In this document: one piece after another, positions 37,790 through 46,846 of the stretch | Layout of the letters: each line of letters starts with the position of its first letter | How positions within the stretch are numbered: position 1 is the first letter of the stretch | Virus record (IMG/VR): IMGVR_UViG_3300045938_000114 | Span: 1-64,000 of that record | DNA: 64,000 nucleotides | Origin: a virus | Lineage: Duplodnaviria > Caudoviricetes | Strand: one strand, 5' to 3' | Position numbers and translations under genes: made by a program | The notes under the pieces: generated by a model | Told to the model about the DNA's origin: nothing | The model's input: the letters and a program-made list of their open reading frames with translations, nothing else | Databases searched by the model: none

Positions 37790-38083
37790 GTCGTCGGGGA
37801 AGAAAGCTCAGGAAAACAGCGGCCGGGGCAACGGCAGTGCTGTGAACAGGCTGTTATTCGCTGGCCCACCGTAATTATTACAGCGTGTCGGCGAATAAAG
37901 AGGCAGTAACTCTACTGCAAGTACGTTTGTTTAGCGCGAAAGACAAGGCTCGGGGCCGTAATCTTTATCAAGATAACCGCGAAATTCTGTTGTTTTCCTG
38001 TTGTTGAAATGAAAATAGTGCCCCGCAATTGCGCTGGAGTGCGTTTTCGTATTGTACCTTGCCCGCCCTATTTCCTATTCTAA

Positions 38084-38638
38084 ATGAGTCAGCCATCTAC
38101 CCCCTGGTACAATAAGCCGGTTCGCGTCAACCTGCTGCTATTTTTCTTTTTCCCGGTTGGCCTGTACGGCCTCTGGAAGTCTGCCAAAATAGCTATGTGG
38201 TGGAAGGTGCTGGGCACCCTGCTTATTTCTGCCTTAGTTATCAGCGTGGCGCGCACGCCGGCCCCCGCGCCAGCAGCCTACGCCAGCCGCGATGAACGGC
38301 CGGAAGCTGCTGCTACGCCCGCCCCGGAAAGCCGGGTAACCATTTCCTCCACGGCGCTGGCCACCCGCTATGCCGAGAATGAGGTAAAGGCTGACCAGGA
38401 CTTCAAGGGCCAGTATCTGTACGTCAGCGGTACGGTGAGCGGTATCAAGAAGGATATGTTTGACAAGATTTACGTCACGCTGGCCACTGACAATGAATTT
38501 ATGCCAACCTGGTGCTATCTCGATGATGAGGCGGCGGCGGCGGCGCTCCAAACCGGTCAGCACATAGTTATCAAAGGCAAGTGTACCGGCATGATAATCG
38601 GCAGCGTTCAACTGAAAGACTGCGAACTGGCAAAATAA
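38084..38638 (+). CDS. Membrane-anchored OB-fold protein (tRNA_anti-like family)
   Basis: Two N-terminal TM segments; Y..NEVKAD..FKG..L.VSG.V..I, L..GQ.I.IKG.C.G...L.DC; the only convincing + strand gene. Confidence 0.85.
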   Translation: MSQPSTPWYNKPVRVNLLLFFFFPVGLYGLWKSAKIAMWWKVLGTLLISALVISVARTPAPAPAAYASRDERPEAAATPAPESRVTISSTALATRYAENEVKADQDFKGQYLYVSGTVSGIKKDMFDKIYVTLATDNEFMPTWCYLDDEAAAAALQTGQHIVIKGKCTGMIIGSVQLKDCELAK

Positions 38639-38672
38639 AAAGTGGCCCCGCCAATTCTGGCGGGGCCACTTT
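38639..38672. terminator. Bidirectional terminator between convergent genes
   Basis: AAAGTGGCCCCGCCA-ATTC-TGGCGGGGCCACTTT. Confidence 0.85.
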
Positions 38673-38674
38673 CG

Positions 38675-39181
38675 TTAATTGGGCCGGTAAGTCACCAGGG
38701 GCGTGCCCTTGGCTACGTAGAGTGGATGCCGCGGGTGGCCCTCCTTCGTGGTGCCCAGGCAGAGCAGCCTCGCCCCGACCTGCTGCGCCAGCAGCTGTAC
38801 GCCCGCCGCCCGCGCCGCCGCTACCGGCTGCGCGCCCCAGGCGGCTACGACTGCGCCGGCATCCACGAAGGCCTGCTGCAGGAAGTAGTCATTCTGCGGG
38901 CCGATGGCGCCGTTGGCCAGCAGCAATTCCTGCGGGTCGGTGGCCCGCCATGCGAACAGGTTTACAACGGCGATACCGCCGTAGCCCCAGGCCTGCGCGA
39001 AGCCGATGCAGCGGCGGATAGTTGGGTCGTCCTGGCTCGCGTCGGCGGTGCTGGGGTTGAGCATGATGAATACTACCAGCGGCTTCTTCGGCGACCAGAT
39101 ACGAAAGAGCTGGTAGCGGTACTTACCGCAGTCGCTGATAACAGCAGCGCGGGCGGGCGGGTCGTTGAATAGTTGGCTCAT
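38675..39181 (-). CDS. DUF1643 protein
   Basis: YRY.L.R.W, FIMLNPSTAD...DDPTIRRC, NLFA.RAT.P, AAWG, PRHPLY. Confidence 0.92.
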   Translation of the reverse strand: MSQLFNDPPARAAVISDCGKYRYQLFRIWSPKKPLVVFIMLNPSTADASQDDPTIRRCIGFAQAWGYGGIAVVNLFAWRATDPQELLLANGAIGPQNDYFLQQAFVDAGAVVAAWGAQPVAAARAAGVQLLAQQVGARLLCLGTTKEGHPRHPLYVAKGTPLVTYRPN

Positions 39182-39387
39182 TCAGGTTGAGGGGTTTCGT
39201 AGTTGCGGTCGGGGCTGGTGCTGGCCTCCCGCAACAGTTGGCTCAGCCACTGTGCGGGGACGTGTACAAACCCCTGGCCATGATAATCTGCGGTGGCCAG
39301 CATCCCTTGACCGTTGGTTTTGCAGGACTCAGCCAGAGCGGCTAGCCGCTGCCGGCATTCCTCATCGAGGTCGAATACAAAACTCAT
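39178..39387 (-). CDS. Hypothetical protein
   Basis: Coupled overlaps. Confidence 0.55.
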   Translation of the reverse strand: MSFVFDLDEECRQRLAALAESCKTNGQGMLATADYHGQGFVHVPAQWLSQLLREASTSPDRNYETPQPE

Positions 39388-39590
39388 TTCGTAGAGGCCT
39401 CAGTAGCAGGTGTGGCCGGGGTCGGCGCTTCCTTCTTGTTATCTATATCCTTGACCTCAGTCGGAAAGCGCCAGACGTACACGAGCTTGGTTAGGCGGTC
39501 AATTAGTCCTTCGATAAAAAGCAGCCCTAGCATAGCGGCAACGAAGAGCATGAGGAAGCACCCAGCGAAGTGGCTGAAATCCTGAAACAT
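39384..39590 (-). CDS. Small membrane protein
   Basis: One TM segment; start uncertain (39590 or 39608). Confidence 0.55.
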   Translation of the reverse strand: MFQDFSHFAGCFLMLFVAAMLGLLFIEGLIDRLTKLVYVWRFPTEVKDIDNKKEAPTPATPATEASTK

Positions 39591-39591
39591 G

Positions 39592-39629
39592 AATTGTAAG
39601 TATTGCATGTTGTGTAAGTGTTGTAAGTA
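39592..39629. repeat. 4-unit 9-bp iteron array (degenerate)
   Basis: AATTGTAAG TATTGCATG TTGTGTAAG TGTTGTAAG. Confidence 0.7.
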
Positions 39630-39872
39630 TTACTGCTTTTCTTCTTCCTCGTCGGCTGTGAGTTTATCCTTCGCCCAGTGCCAGAGCATCCGTGCATACT
39701 CGTAAGGGCCAGCAATGACCATGAGCAGCCAGAATAGCATGTCGTATATCTGCAAGCCGCTATGAGGCTGTTCCGCCAGCAATTCTTCTAGCTCCTTCCG
39801 GTCGATGAGCACGACAACCAAGCCGACTAGCAACCAGAGCCCAACGGCAACGAGAATATGATGTAGCATCAC
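39630..39872 (-). CDS. Small two-TM membrane protein
   Basis: Hydrophobic segments. Confidence 0.6.
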   Translation of the reverse strand: MMLHHILVAVGLWLLVGLVVVLIDRKELEELLAEQPHSGLQIYDMLFWLLMVIAGPYEYARMLWHWAKDKLTADEEEEKQ

Positions 39873-40144
39873 TTTTCGAGATTAAGATTAATGTGCCAGA
39901 GGCGGCGGGGCCGGTCGGGGCGCTGGTAGTACTCGCGGGCGGCGGCCTGCACCACCAACGCCAGCAGGCCCAGGGCCAGCGCCGGCAGCGACCAGATGAG
40001 CCAGCCCGCTAGGCCCACCGGCCAGCCCAACCAGAATTGACGCATGAAGCCGCTGGCCAGGCTGATGCTGTTGCCGACCAAGAGCAGCTGCACGCCGTTG
40101 GTTGGTATGGTGCGGAAGGGCCGGCCGGTGAGAAAGAACTTCAT
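39869..40144 (-). CDS. Small two-TM membrane protein
   Basis: Hydrophobic segments. Confidence 0.6.
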   Translation of the reverse strand: MKFFLTGRPFRTIPTNGVQLLLVGNSISLASGFMRQFWLGWPVGLAGWLIWSLPALALGLLALVVQAAAREYYQRPDRPRRLWHINLNLEK

Positions 40145-40251
40145 TTAATCATGAGCCATAATATGACGTGAAGCAGTTCCGTCATTAGCTCGAAGCCAAC
40201 TACAAAGCCGCCTACATATTCTATCCACGCGGGTATTATTGGCTTGCTCAT
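40141..40251 (-). CDS. 36-aa hydrophobic peptide (below ORF-track cutoff)
   Basis: MSKPIIPAWIEYVGGFVVGFELMTELLHVILWLMIK; ATGA overlap with the next gene. Confidence 0.5.
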   Translation of the reverse strand: MSKPIIPAWIEYVGGFVVGFELMTELLHVILWLMIK

Positions 40252-40254
40252 AAC

Positions 40255-40917
40255 CTAGTCGTGAGCCAGAATGTACACGTCGACATAGTGCGGGTCGTGT
40301 TCGCCGCACACGTTCAGCTCCAGCCCGATTTCGCTCAGGTCAAGGTCTTCGTTCCAGTTCTTGTTGAGCAGGTCGTACAGTTGCTCTACCGAAAGAGGTT
40401 CAGCAGGCGGCCCACCCGCCGCCCACTCTTGGGCGCAGTCAACTAGGTGCTTGCGGACCTCGGCCACATCGAGCTCGCTTTTTTGCAGCTTCACGATGTT
40501 GAAGTTGGGGTCGTCCCGTTTTTTCAGGCTGATGGTAAGTCGGCAGGAATGATTATCGGAATACATATCGCTGTTTTTGTGATGGTTGACAAAAGCTTCC
40601 GGCGATTCAAATACCGGAATGTTGGTTTTGAGCTTAGACATATCGAGTATCTTCATCTGCTGCGCGAGGCGGAACCGCCAGTTGTCGTGCAGCTTGTTAG
40701 CCTGCTGCAACATGAGCAGCGCCCCGGCGCACTGGCTGTCGTCGGCGGGCGGGGCCAGCCACGGCGTTTCAACGCCGGTCGTTTTGTGGCAGGCGAAGGT
40801 TTTATCTTCCCTCGTCAGCTCGGCGGCGATGCGTTCCGCGCTGCGGCCGAGCCAACCGGTGGGACAATCCGTGCGGAATGGGCAATCCTTGCAGGGGCGC
40901 GTGAGGTTAAACTTCAT
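40255..40917 (-). CDS. Cys-rich phage protein (DUF6283-like)
   Basis: PC.DCPFR, FACHKT, CAGAL. Confidence 0.7.
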   Translation of the reverse strand: MKFNLTRPCKDCPFRTDCPTGWLGRSAERIAAELTREDKTFACHKTTGVETPWLAPPADDSQCAGALLMLQQANKLHDNWRFRLAQQMKILDMSKLKTNIPVFESPEAFVNHHKNSDMYSDNHSCRLTISLKKRDDPNFNIVKLQKSELDVAEVRKHLVDCAQEWAAGGPPAEPLSVEQLYDLLNKNWNEDLDLSEIGLELNVCGEHDPHYVDVYILAHD

Positions 40918-41261
40918 GCGTACTGCTGTTTGAGGCGTTCGTACAGGCGGCTGGCACCCGGCACATAATCGAAACTATCCTGGTGCTGCGCGAGGCAGTC
41001 GTAGGCCTTTCGAGCTAATAGCTGCGGCATATCCAGGAGCTTTTTACGGCCCAGCTTCTCTACCCAACCCATAAGCTCTTTCTCCGCTGGCGGCGTGATT
41101 TCAACCTTGCGCCTGCTCGGCTGCGGCTTCTGTTTAGCTTCCTTCGGCGCTAGCGTCAACGCCCGCTCTTGGACCTGCTCCTCAGGCTTATTGAGCTTTT
41201 TAGCCACGAGTGAGGCATCTATTCTTCGTGCTGGCCTGAGGCCGGTCTTCGTTGTTCCCAT
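40914..41261 (-). CDS. Hypothetical protein
   Basis: 115 aa, coupled. Confidence 0.6.
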   Translation of the reverse strand: MGTTKTGLRPARRIDASLVAKKLNKPEEQVQERALTLAPKEAKQKPQPSRRKVEITPPAEKELMGWVEKLGRKKLLDMPQLLARKAYDCLAQHQDSFDYVPGASRLYERLKQQYA

Positions 41262-41263
41262 TA

Positions 41264-41707
41264 CTATTTCAATAATTTGTACGCCTCCAATTGTACCCGC
41301 ACCGCCTGCACCTGCGTCTTGGCGATTTCATTAATGGCGCCCGCCTGCCCGATGTAGGACGGGTCGGTGCTTACCTTATCAATGGCCGCCTGCAAGGCCC
41401 CATTCATGCTGGTGAAAAAGTCGCCCATGCTTTTCGGCAACTCGGGCAGGGGCGCGGCCAGTGCGGTCACCACCTGCACCGCGCCTACGGCCCGCAACTC
41501 CGCCTCGCTGGGTTGCTGCCAGTTGGCCATTTCACCGGCGAACGTTTGCAGGGAGCACTCGAAAATGTCTTTGTCGGTAGAGTAGCGGACGGTAGCCCCC
41601 TCGACCAGGAAGGCTTGGAATAGGTGGATGCTGCCCCCACGATGCTTCCAATACTTTTTCATTTTTGCCCCCAGGATAGAGGACGGAGTTTCAATTTGAG
41701 CTGCCAT
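41264..41707 (-). CDS. Hypothetical protein, HNH-associated type
   Basis: C-terminal QA.AINEIAKT.V.A.RV.L helix. Confidence 0.6.
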   Translation of the reverse strand: MAAQIETPSSILGAKMKKYWKHRGGSIHLFQAFLVEGATVRYSTDKDIFECSLQTFAGEMANWQQPSEAELRAVGAVQVVTALAAPLPELPKSMGDFFTSMNGALQAAIDKVSTDPSYIGQAGAINEIAKTQVQAVRVQLEAYKLLK

Positions 41708-42638
41708 TGGGGTGTTGCGCTACGGCGCGGCTTAGTTGAATTTGCAAGCGTTTCACGTTCAGTAGTTCCGGTTGGGCCAGCAGCGCAGCGCGTTCCTCCG
41801 GGCGGCCCTTGGTCAGGTAGGCGGCAATGCTGCGGTCGCTGAGCTTTTTGGAGGCTGCCTGCTCCCCGTGGCCATTCAGGGCCAGGTTCTCAGCGCGCGT
41901 CAGCAACTTCCAGTTGTCGGCCGCTGCATTCAGCGTATCACCGTCAATGCAGCGCAGAACGTGTCCCTTGGGAAGCGGGCCGTTGATGGCCTCCCAGTTC
42001 ACCCGGTGTAGCTCACGCCACTTGCCCAGGCTGATGCGTACCCACTGGTATTGCCGCCCGCCGTGGTCGGAGCGCGTGGTAAGGGCCCCATCGCCCAACT
42101 TGCAGGTAGTCTGCGGCAGGTTGCCTTTCTGGAACCGCGTGGCCTCGGTACCAGCCGCCGACCAGCCCTTCATACCGGCGTTCCACGGCTTCTGGCCGGG
42201 CTGAATACGGCCGGCATTAAAGCCCGCTGGCTTGCGCAGTTTATGCCGCACGGAGTAGTTGAGTATGCTGGACTCCGGCCGCCCGAGCATCGTGCCCAGG
42301 TGTGGGTTGGTAGCCCGCGTGTAAAACCGCCGCAGGTAGCGGCTTTCTAACGCCGAGAAGGGCCGATGCTTCTGGCTGAGGCGTACCCGCCCGTTGGCGA
42401 TGGCTATTACCGTCAGGCGGCATAACTCGTGGGGCAGGTGGTAGGATTTATGCCAGTACACGCCCTGCGGTTCCTCCTCGTAGCTATAGTCGGCGCGGTA
42501 GTAAACTTGCTCCCCTACTTGGGTATGGGCTTCGCGCACCCAGTACTCCGTGTCAGGCTTCAACTCTACGCGCACGCGCACCAGCCCATGCGCCCGTAGG
42601 CGGCGTACCTGCCGCAGGGATAGGTTAAGCGGTTTCAC
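41691..42638 (-). CDS. ASCH-like + HTH + HNH endonuclease fusion
   Basis: WVRE...YRAD...W..S.HLP...CRL; FS..E..YL..FY HTH; RFQKG.LP; HR..WE..NGP.PKG......DGD..N....N..L.TR.EN. Confidence 0.8.
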   Translation of the reverse strand: MKPLNLSLRQVRRLRAHGLVRVRVELKPDTEYWVREAHTQVGEQVYYRADYSYEEEPQGVYWHKSYHLPHELCRLTVIAIANGRVRLSQKHRPFSALESRYLRRFYTRATNPHLGTMLGRPESSILNYSVRHKLRKPAGFNAGRIQPGQKPWNAGMKGWSAAGTEATRFQKGNLPQTTCKLGDGALTTRSDHGGRQYQWVRISLGKWRELHRVNWEAINGPLPKGHVLRCIDGDTLNAAADNWKLLTRAENLALNGHGEQAASKKLSDRSIAAYLTKGRPEERAALLAQPELLNVKRLQIQLSRAVAQHPNGSSN

Positions 42639-43380
42639 GTTTGTTGCGGGGCGTTACGAGCGGGCGGGGAGCGGGGGCAATCATACTGACGACCTGACTC
42701 AGCACCTCATTCAGCCAGGGGTTGTCGCTGCTGGTGCGTAACTCCTCGGGGCAGGTGCCGGGGCCGGCAACGTGGCGCAGCAGGTGGCGCGTGCCGGGCA
42801 CTACCTGATAGGCGCTCTGCTGCAAGTGCTGGTAGAGGTGCGGGTTGTGAATTTCCAGCACAATCAGGTCGCGTGAATTGGCGGCGGCTAGTAGCGCCAA
42901 GTGCAGCATCAACCGGCCGAAATCACCGTTGTGCGGCACGTTGTTGATAACGGCCAGCAATTCGTAGGCCGTGGGGCCCGGCCGCAGCGAGCCGACGCAG
43001 GTGCCAAACCGGAAATCGAAGTACTCGGGAATGAGGCCATTGGCCGTAACCTCCAATTGGTGCGGGTTGGTGCTCAGCTTCAACAGGTCGAGCAGGTCGG
43101 CGCGGATGCCCACGGCAATCTCGCTACCGGCCAGATTGATGTGCGGCGGCTTGGTGAAGCGAACCGCTTTAAGCCAGTGCCGCACCTCGCGTTTGAGCAG
43201 CGGCAGGTTGTCCTGGTCGTGGTGGTGGCGCAGGTGGGTGCGGACGAAGGCGCTATCCCGCAGGGTCGGGTCGGTCGCGTAGTCGAGGTAGTGTAGCGGG
43301 AAGGTCGCTTGGTGCTTGGTGCGGCGGCCAGCGTTGGCCACCTGCGTGAAGTCGATGGCAAAGAGGGGTTGGGTATTCAT
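42625..43380 (-). CDS. Hypothetical protein (possible GNAT-like C-terminal domain)
   Basis: CCCAGTATG start; N...H.GDF..LM..L...N..L..HL. Confidence 0.55.
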   Translation of the reverse strand: MNTQPLFAIDFTQVANAGRRTKHQATFPLHYLDYATDPTLRDSAFVRTHLRHHHDQDNLPLLKREVRHWLKAVRFTKPPHINLAGSEIAVGIRADLLDLLKLSTNPHQLEVTANGLIPEYFDFRFGTCVGSLRPGPTAYELLAVINNVPHNGDFGRLMLHLALLAAANSRDLIVLEIHNPHLYQHLQQSAYQVVPGTRHLLRHVAGPGTCPEELRTSSDNPWLNEVLSQVVSMIAPAPRPLVTPRNKRETA

Positions 43381-43404
43381 ACTGGGTGGGGGTTAGTGGG
43401 TAGT

Positions 43405-43614
43405 TTATTCAGTTTGCTCGCAGCGGCGGCCCTGGGCCATCAGGGCGTCATACACGCCCCACAGGAAGGAGCCGGGCGGCGGCTCTTGGTCAGCGATGGC
43501 CCAGGCCCGCTCGTACCAGTCGGCGGGTTTCTGCGGGTAGGCGGGGCACGGCCGAGGCGTGCCCCGCCAGAATTCTTTGAGTGCAACCCAGGCGGAACGG
43601 AGGAGCGTCTTCAT
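43405..43614 (-). CDS. Hypothetical protein
   Basis: Likely start 43614, directly after the iteron array. Confidence 0.55.
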   Translation of the reverse strand: MKTLLRSAWVALKEFWRGTPRPCPAYPQKPADWYERAWAIADQEPPPGSFLWGVYDALMAQGRRCEQTE

Positions 43615-43652
43615 ACTTGTAAGTACTGTAAGTCTTGTAAGTCTTGTAAGTA
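43614..43652. repeat. 4-unit 9-bp iteron array
   Basis: ACTTGTAAG TACTGTAAG TCTTGTAAG TCTTGTAAG. Confidence 0.85.
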
Positions 43653-44000
43653 TTAACGAATAAAAACACCGCGCTGCTTGAGCAAATGATTCAAGACCCG
43701 CTTGCTGCAACCTGACTTATGCAACTCGTAATAACCGCGCTCCTTTGCTACGTGGCCACCTACGCCACTGCCATCACTTCCCCACACGGAGCCGGGGCCG
43801 GTCGCCGGGCACAGGGCCAGCAGGTGCGGGCCTTGCTGGTCACAGGCCACGTAAGCGGCGTTATCGCCGGGCTCGAAGTGCTTGCTCACGGTCAGCGTGT
43901 AGGTGCCGGCCGTGTTGACGAGGGTAACGGAAAAGCCGTGCTGTTTGGCTTCGGCCACGAGCTGGGCCGCTACTGCGCTGGGGAGTTGTTTGGTCGCCAT
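43653..44000 (-). CDS. Hypothetical protein
   Basis: PGSVWGSDGSGVGG..A motif; CCCAGTATG start. Confidence 0.7.
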   Translation of the reverse strand: MATKQLPSAVAAQLVAEAKQHGFSVTLVNTAGTYTLTVSKHFEPGDNAAYVACDQQGPHLLALCPATGPGSVWGSDGSGVGGHVAKERGYYELHKSGCSKRVLNHLLKQRGVFIR

Positions 44001-44014
44001 ACTGGGGTTATTGG

Positions 44015-44040
44015 GTTTCTGTTACAAATGTAACTGAAAC
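44015..44040. promoter_or_regulatory. Palindromic operator overlapping a TACATTTG -7 element (minus strand)
   Basis: GTTTCTGTTACA-AA-TGTAACTGAAAC (11/12 inverted match). Confidence 0.65.
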
Positions 44041-44041
44041 G

Positions 44042-45727
44042 CTAGGCGGGTACAAGTGGCGTTGAATTTTTATTAAGATAAAAATTAGCCAAGGCTTTCA
44101 TGCGGCTCTCGTCACTGTACTGCGCGGTGGGTTGTAACAGCGGGTCTACGATGCTGTGCGATTGCGAAGATTTGAGCCCCAGTAGGTTAATGATAACCGG
44201 GTCGCTGCCTTCCTCACTCACCGGGTAGATGGCCGTAACCTGCTCGGTCTGGCCGTCGCGGTCCACGCGGGCAATCAGCTGCTCGTGTACCTTGGGTGAC
44301 CAGTCCAGTTCCCCGATAACGACAGTTTTGCAGCAGTACTGCAACCCATCCAGACCGTCCCCGGAGCGCACCGAAATAATCATCAGCTTGGTTTGGCCCG
44401 ACACGAAGGCAGCCTTAGCGGCCTCCTTCTGCGGCCCGAGTTGCTTGCCGGTGTACATCACCGGGTTGAAGTCGGCCAGTTCGCGCATCCAAATGTCGTA
44501 CACGTCATGGTGCCAGCCGCCCAGCAGCACCGACTCGCCGGCTTCCAGCAGCAGGCGCACGAAGGCGGCCACCTCGCGGGCCTTGCTCACGCCGGTCGTG
44601 TGGCGGGCCATCATATCCAGTTCGCGGGCGGCCTGGCCCCGCTGCTCAAAGCTGCCGGTGGTGAGTCGCATGGCCAGCGCCTGCATCAGCTGCTCCGTTT
44701 TCTGCACTTCGGCCGAGTCATAGCCGACCGTCCGCACGATGGTGTTTACCTTGGCCAGCTCGCGGCCTACATCGGCGCGGGTGCGGCGCAGCACCAGGTG
44801 ATTATCGCGCAGGTAGCTGCCCAGCGCGGCGGGGTCGTTTATCTTGTGGTGGCCGGTGCCGATGGGCGTGCCCCACTCCCGCAGGAAGGCCTCGCGCTCA
44901 CCCAGGCAGTTGGGGTTGAGCAAGTCCAGAATGTTGTACATCTCGTCGCCGTAGTTGTAGATGGGCGTAGCCGTGAGGCCTAGCGTGTACTCTACATTCT
45001 GGCTCAGCTGCATTCCACCTGCATAGCGCTGGCTGGTTATGCCCCGTAGCTCCTGAATCTCATCAAAAATAGCGGACTTAAAGAAGCCCGTATGGTAGAA
45101 GTCCGACCAGCCGGCAAGCTGCGAGTACTTCATAATGTACACGTCAGCCACCGGCAGGGTATAGGGCTGCGGCGTTTTGATGAGGTGAACCCGCAGGTTA
45201 GTAAACCGCTCAATCTGCGCCTTCCATTGGGTAGGCAAATGGGTTTTTACGACTACCAGGGCGGGCCGTAAAGCCGGCTCCAGCAACGAGAGGATAGAAG
45301 TGAGCGTCTTGCCCAGGCCCAGGTCGTCCATGAGCAGCAGGCGCTTTACCAGCAGGTGAAACTGGCTGCCCTGTAGTTGGTAGTCGCGGGCCTGCTCCCC
45401 GGCCGCCAGCGCCACGGCGGGCGCCACGTAGTCCGGGGCGAATAGCTGCTCGCGCTTGGCCACGTTATCCGCGTGCTCAGCCCGGCCCTCGGCCAGCACC
45501 TCGCGGGTGGTGCCTTCCAGCGCCAGCGGGTACCGCATCATAAACCAGTCCAGGTGCGTGCAGTTGGCGGGCGAGGCCGGTAGGTAGTAGGGCGGCGGTG
45601 CGGTGCGTGGGATGCCGCGGAAAACGTTCTTTAGCTCAATGCGAACGTGGGGTAAGGCCTCCGTAATCGCGAAGCGCCGCAACTCGGGCTCAAACACGAC
45701 GGTGCCGTAGGTTTTGGTCATAACCAT
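44042..45727 (-). CDS. SNF2-family helicase/ATPase
   Basis: DDLGLGKT, DEIQ, TATP, GLDGLQ, W.P....Q..AR..R.GQ. Confidence 0.93.
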   Translation of the reverse strand: MVMTKTYGTVVFEPELRRFAITEALPHVRIELKNVFRGIPRTAPPPYYLPASPANCTHLDWFMMRYPLALEGTTREVLAEGRAEHADNVAKREQLFAPDYVAPAVALAAGEQARDYQLQGSQFHLLVKRLLLMDDLGLGKTLTSILSLLEPALRPALVVVKTHLPTQWKAQIERFTNLRVHLIKTPQPYTLPVADVYIMKYSQLAGWSDFYHTGFFKSAIFDEIQELRGITSQRYAGGMQLSQNVEYTLGLTATPIYNYGDEMYNILDLLNPNCLGEREAFLREWGTPIGTGHHKINDPAALGSYLRDNHLVLRRTRADVGRELAKVNTIVRTVGYDSAEVQKTEQLMQALAMRLTTGSFEQRGQAARELDMMARHTTGVSKAREVAAFVRLLLEAGESVLLGGWHHDVYDIWMRELADFNPVMYTGKQLGPQKEAAKAAFVSGQTKLMIISVRSGDGLDGLQYCCKTVVIGELDWSPKVHEQLIARVDRDGQTEQVTAIYPVSEEGSDPVIINLLGLKSSQSHSIVDPLLQPTAQYSDESRMKALANFYLNKNSTPLVPA

Positions 45728-46074
45728 GCGGTGCCAAGATTTAAAAGGTGGATAGGCTTGCCGGTATCGGTCGGAAGCCCGATTGATTTATTGGTGACGA
45801 GCAGCAGTTCCGCTACCTCCGGGAAGGCGCAGTAGCGCTCGCACTGCTGGTAGATGCTCTTGGCGCTGATGCTGGCCCGAATCTTCACCTCCACGCCGAC
45901 CGTCCCGACCATGAAGTCAATGATGCTGGCAGGCGAAAGCCGGACCTCCCTGGTGAAGGGAAGCCCGGCCTCGGTGAGCACCTTGGCAATCTGCCGCTGT
46001 AGCTCTTTCTCGTCGTGCAGGGTGAAGCGCTGGCCTTGCAACGCGAGTAGTACCTGCTGGGCGGTGATACTCAT
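45718..46074 (-). CDS. Small PD-(D/E)XK nuclease-like protein
   Basis: E.ELQ, REV.L, IDF....VGVEVK, Q.ERY. Confidence 0.75.
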   Translation of the reverse strand: MSITAQQVLLALQGQRFTLHDEKELQRQIAKVLTEAGLPFTREVRLSPASIIDFMVGTVGVEVKIRASISAKSIYQQCERYCAFPEVAELLLVTNKSIGLPTDTGKPIHLLNLGTAWL

Positions 46075-46077
46075 TAT

Positions 46078-46443
46078 TTAGCTGAGCAGGCTGCCGTAGC
46101 GTGAAATCTGGTGGTCCATTTCATCGAGCAGGGTTTCCAACTCGTCCAGGTCTTTCGGCCGCCATTTGGTGCCCTTCATGTTTTCCACGTAGAAGCCGTG
46201 GGCATCAGGTATGTAGGTTACGTAGGTCTGGCGGCCCGGCGAGTCGATGCTGTACGTGCGGCTGTCGCGGCCTTCCGGCAGGGCGTCTTTCTGCGGGTCG
46301 TAGCCACTGTAGCTCTCGATAGTGTCGCCGGTTTCTTCGGCGCCAGCCGCCAGCAGTTGTTCCGTGGTGGGGATGGTTTGCTCGGGGTAGCCCTTTTTGC
46401 CGGGGCCGTACCACCGTAGTTCATCAACGATTGTCGTTGCCAT
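46078..46443 (-). CDS. Hypothetical protein
   Basis: 121 aa. Confidence 0.6.
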   Translation of the reverse strand: MATTIVDELRWYGPGKKGYPEQTIPTTEQLLAAGAEETGDTIESYSGYDPQKDALPEGRDSRTYSIDSPGRQTYVTYIPDAHGFYVENMKGTKWRPKDLDELETLLDEMDHQISRYGSLLS

Positions 46444-46468
46444 GCATGAAATTGGAAATGGTGAGAAA

Positions 46469-46846
46469 TTAAACGTGGGCGGCTTGCAGCCGCAGCAGTT
46501 CGGCGGGCTTGAGCACCCCGACCACCTGCGCGTCGGCGCGGTCGAAGGCTACTTGGTGGCCGCTGCGGGAGCGAAAGAGTTTGTCGGGCAGCACCTCGTA
46601 AGCTGTGACCACGAAGCCGGCTTGCGTGAGCTGGGCCAGGAAAGGGCCGAACCACAGCACGACGTGCTCCAGCGTGGCCGTCGCGCAGATATGCCGGCCG
46701 CAGTTGAAGCCGATGACGTCGCCATAGGCCTCGGGCAGGTCGTGGGCCAGCGTGTGGGCCGAGAGGGCGTCGCGGCTGGGGTTGGCCTGGCTGAACGGGC
46801 CGTGCAGCTGGTGCTGCGGGTGCTCGATGCGAAAGATGATTTTCAT
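46469..46846 (-). CDS. Hypothetical protein
   Basis: FRIEH....GPF, WF, QVAF. Confidence 0.65.
   Translation of the reverse strand: MKIIFRIEHPQHQLHGPFSQANPSRDALSAHTLAHDLPEAYGDVIGFNCGRHICATATLEHVVLWFGPFLAQLTQAGFVVTAYEVLPDKLFRSRSGHQVAFDRADAQVVGVLKPAELLRLQAAHV

Noticed and set aside
39384-40251. Holin/spanin lysis cassette
   Set aside because: No endolysin or lipoprotein spanin nearby, and the location is in the early arm
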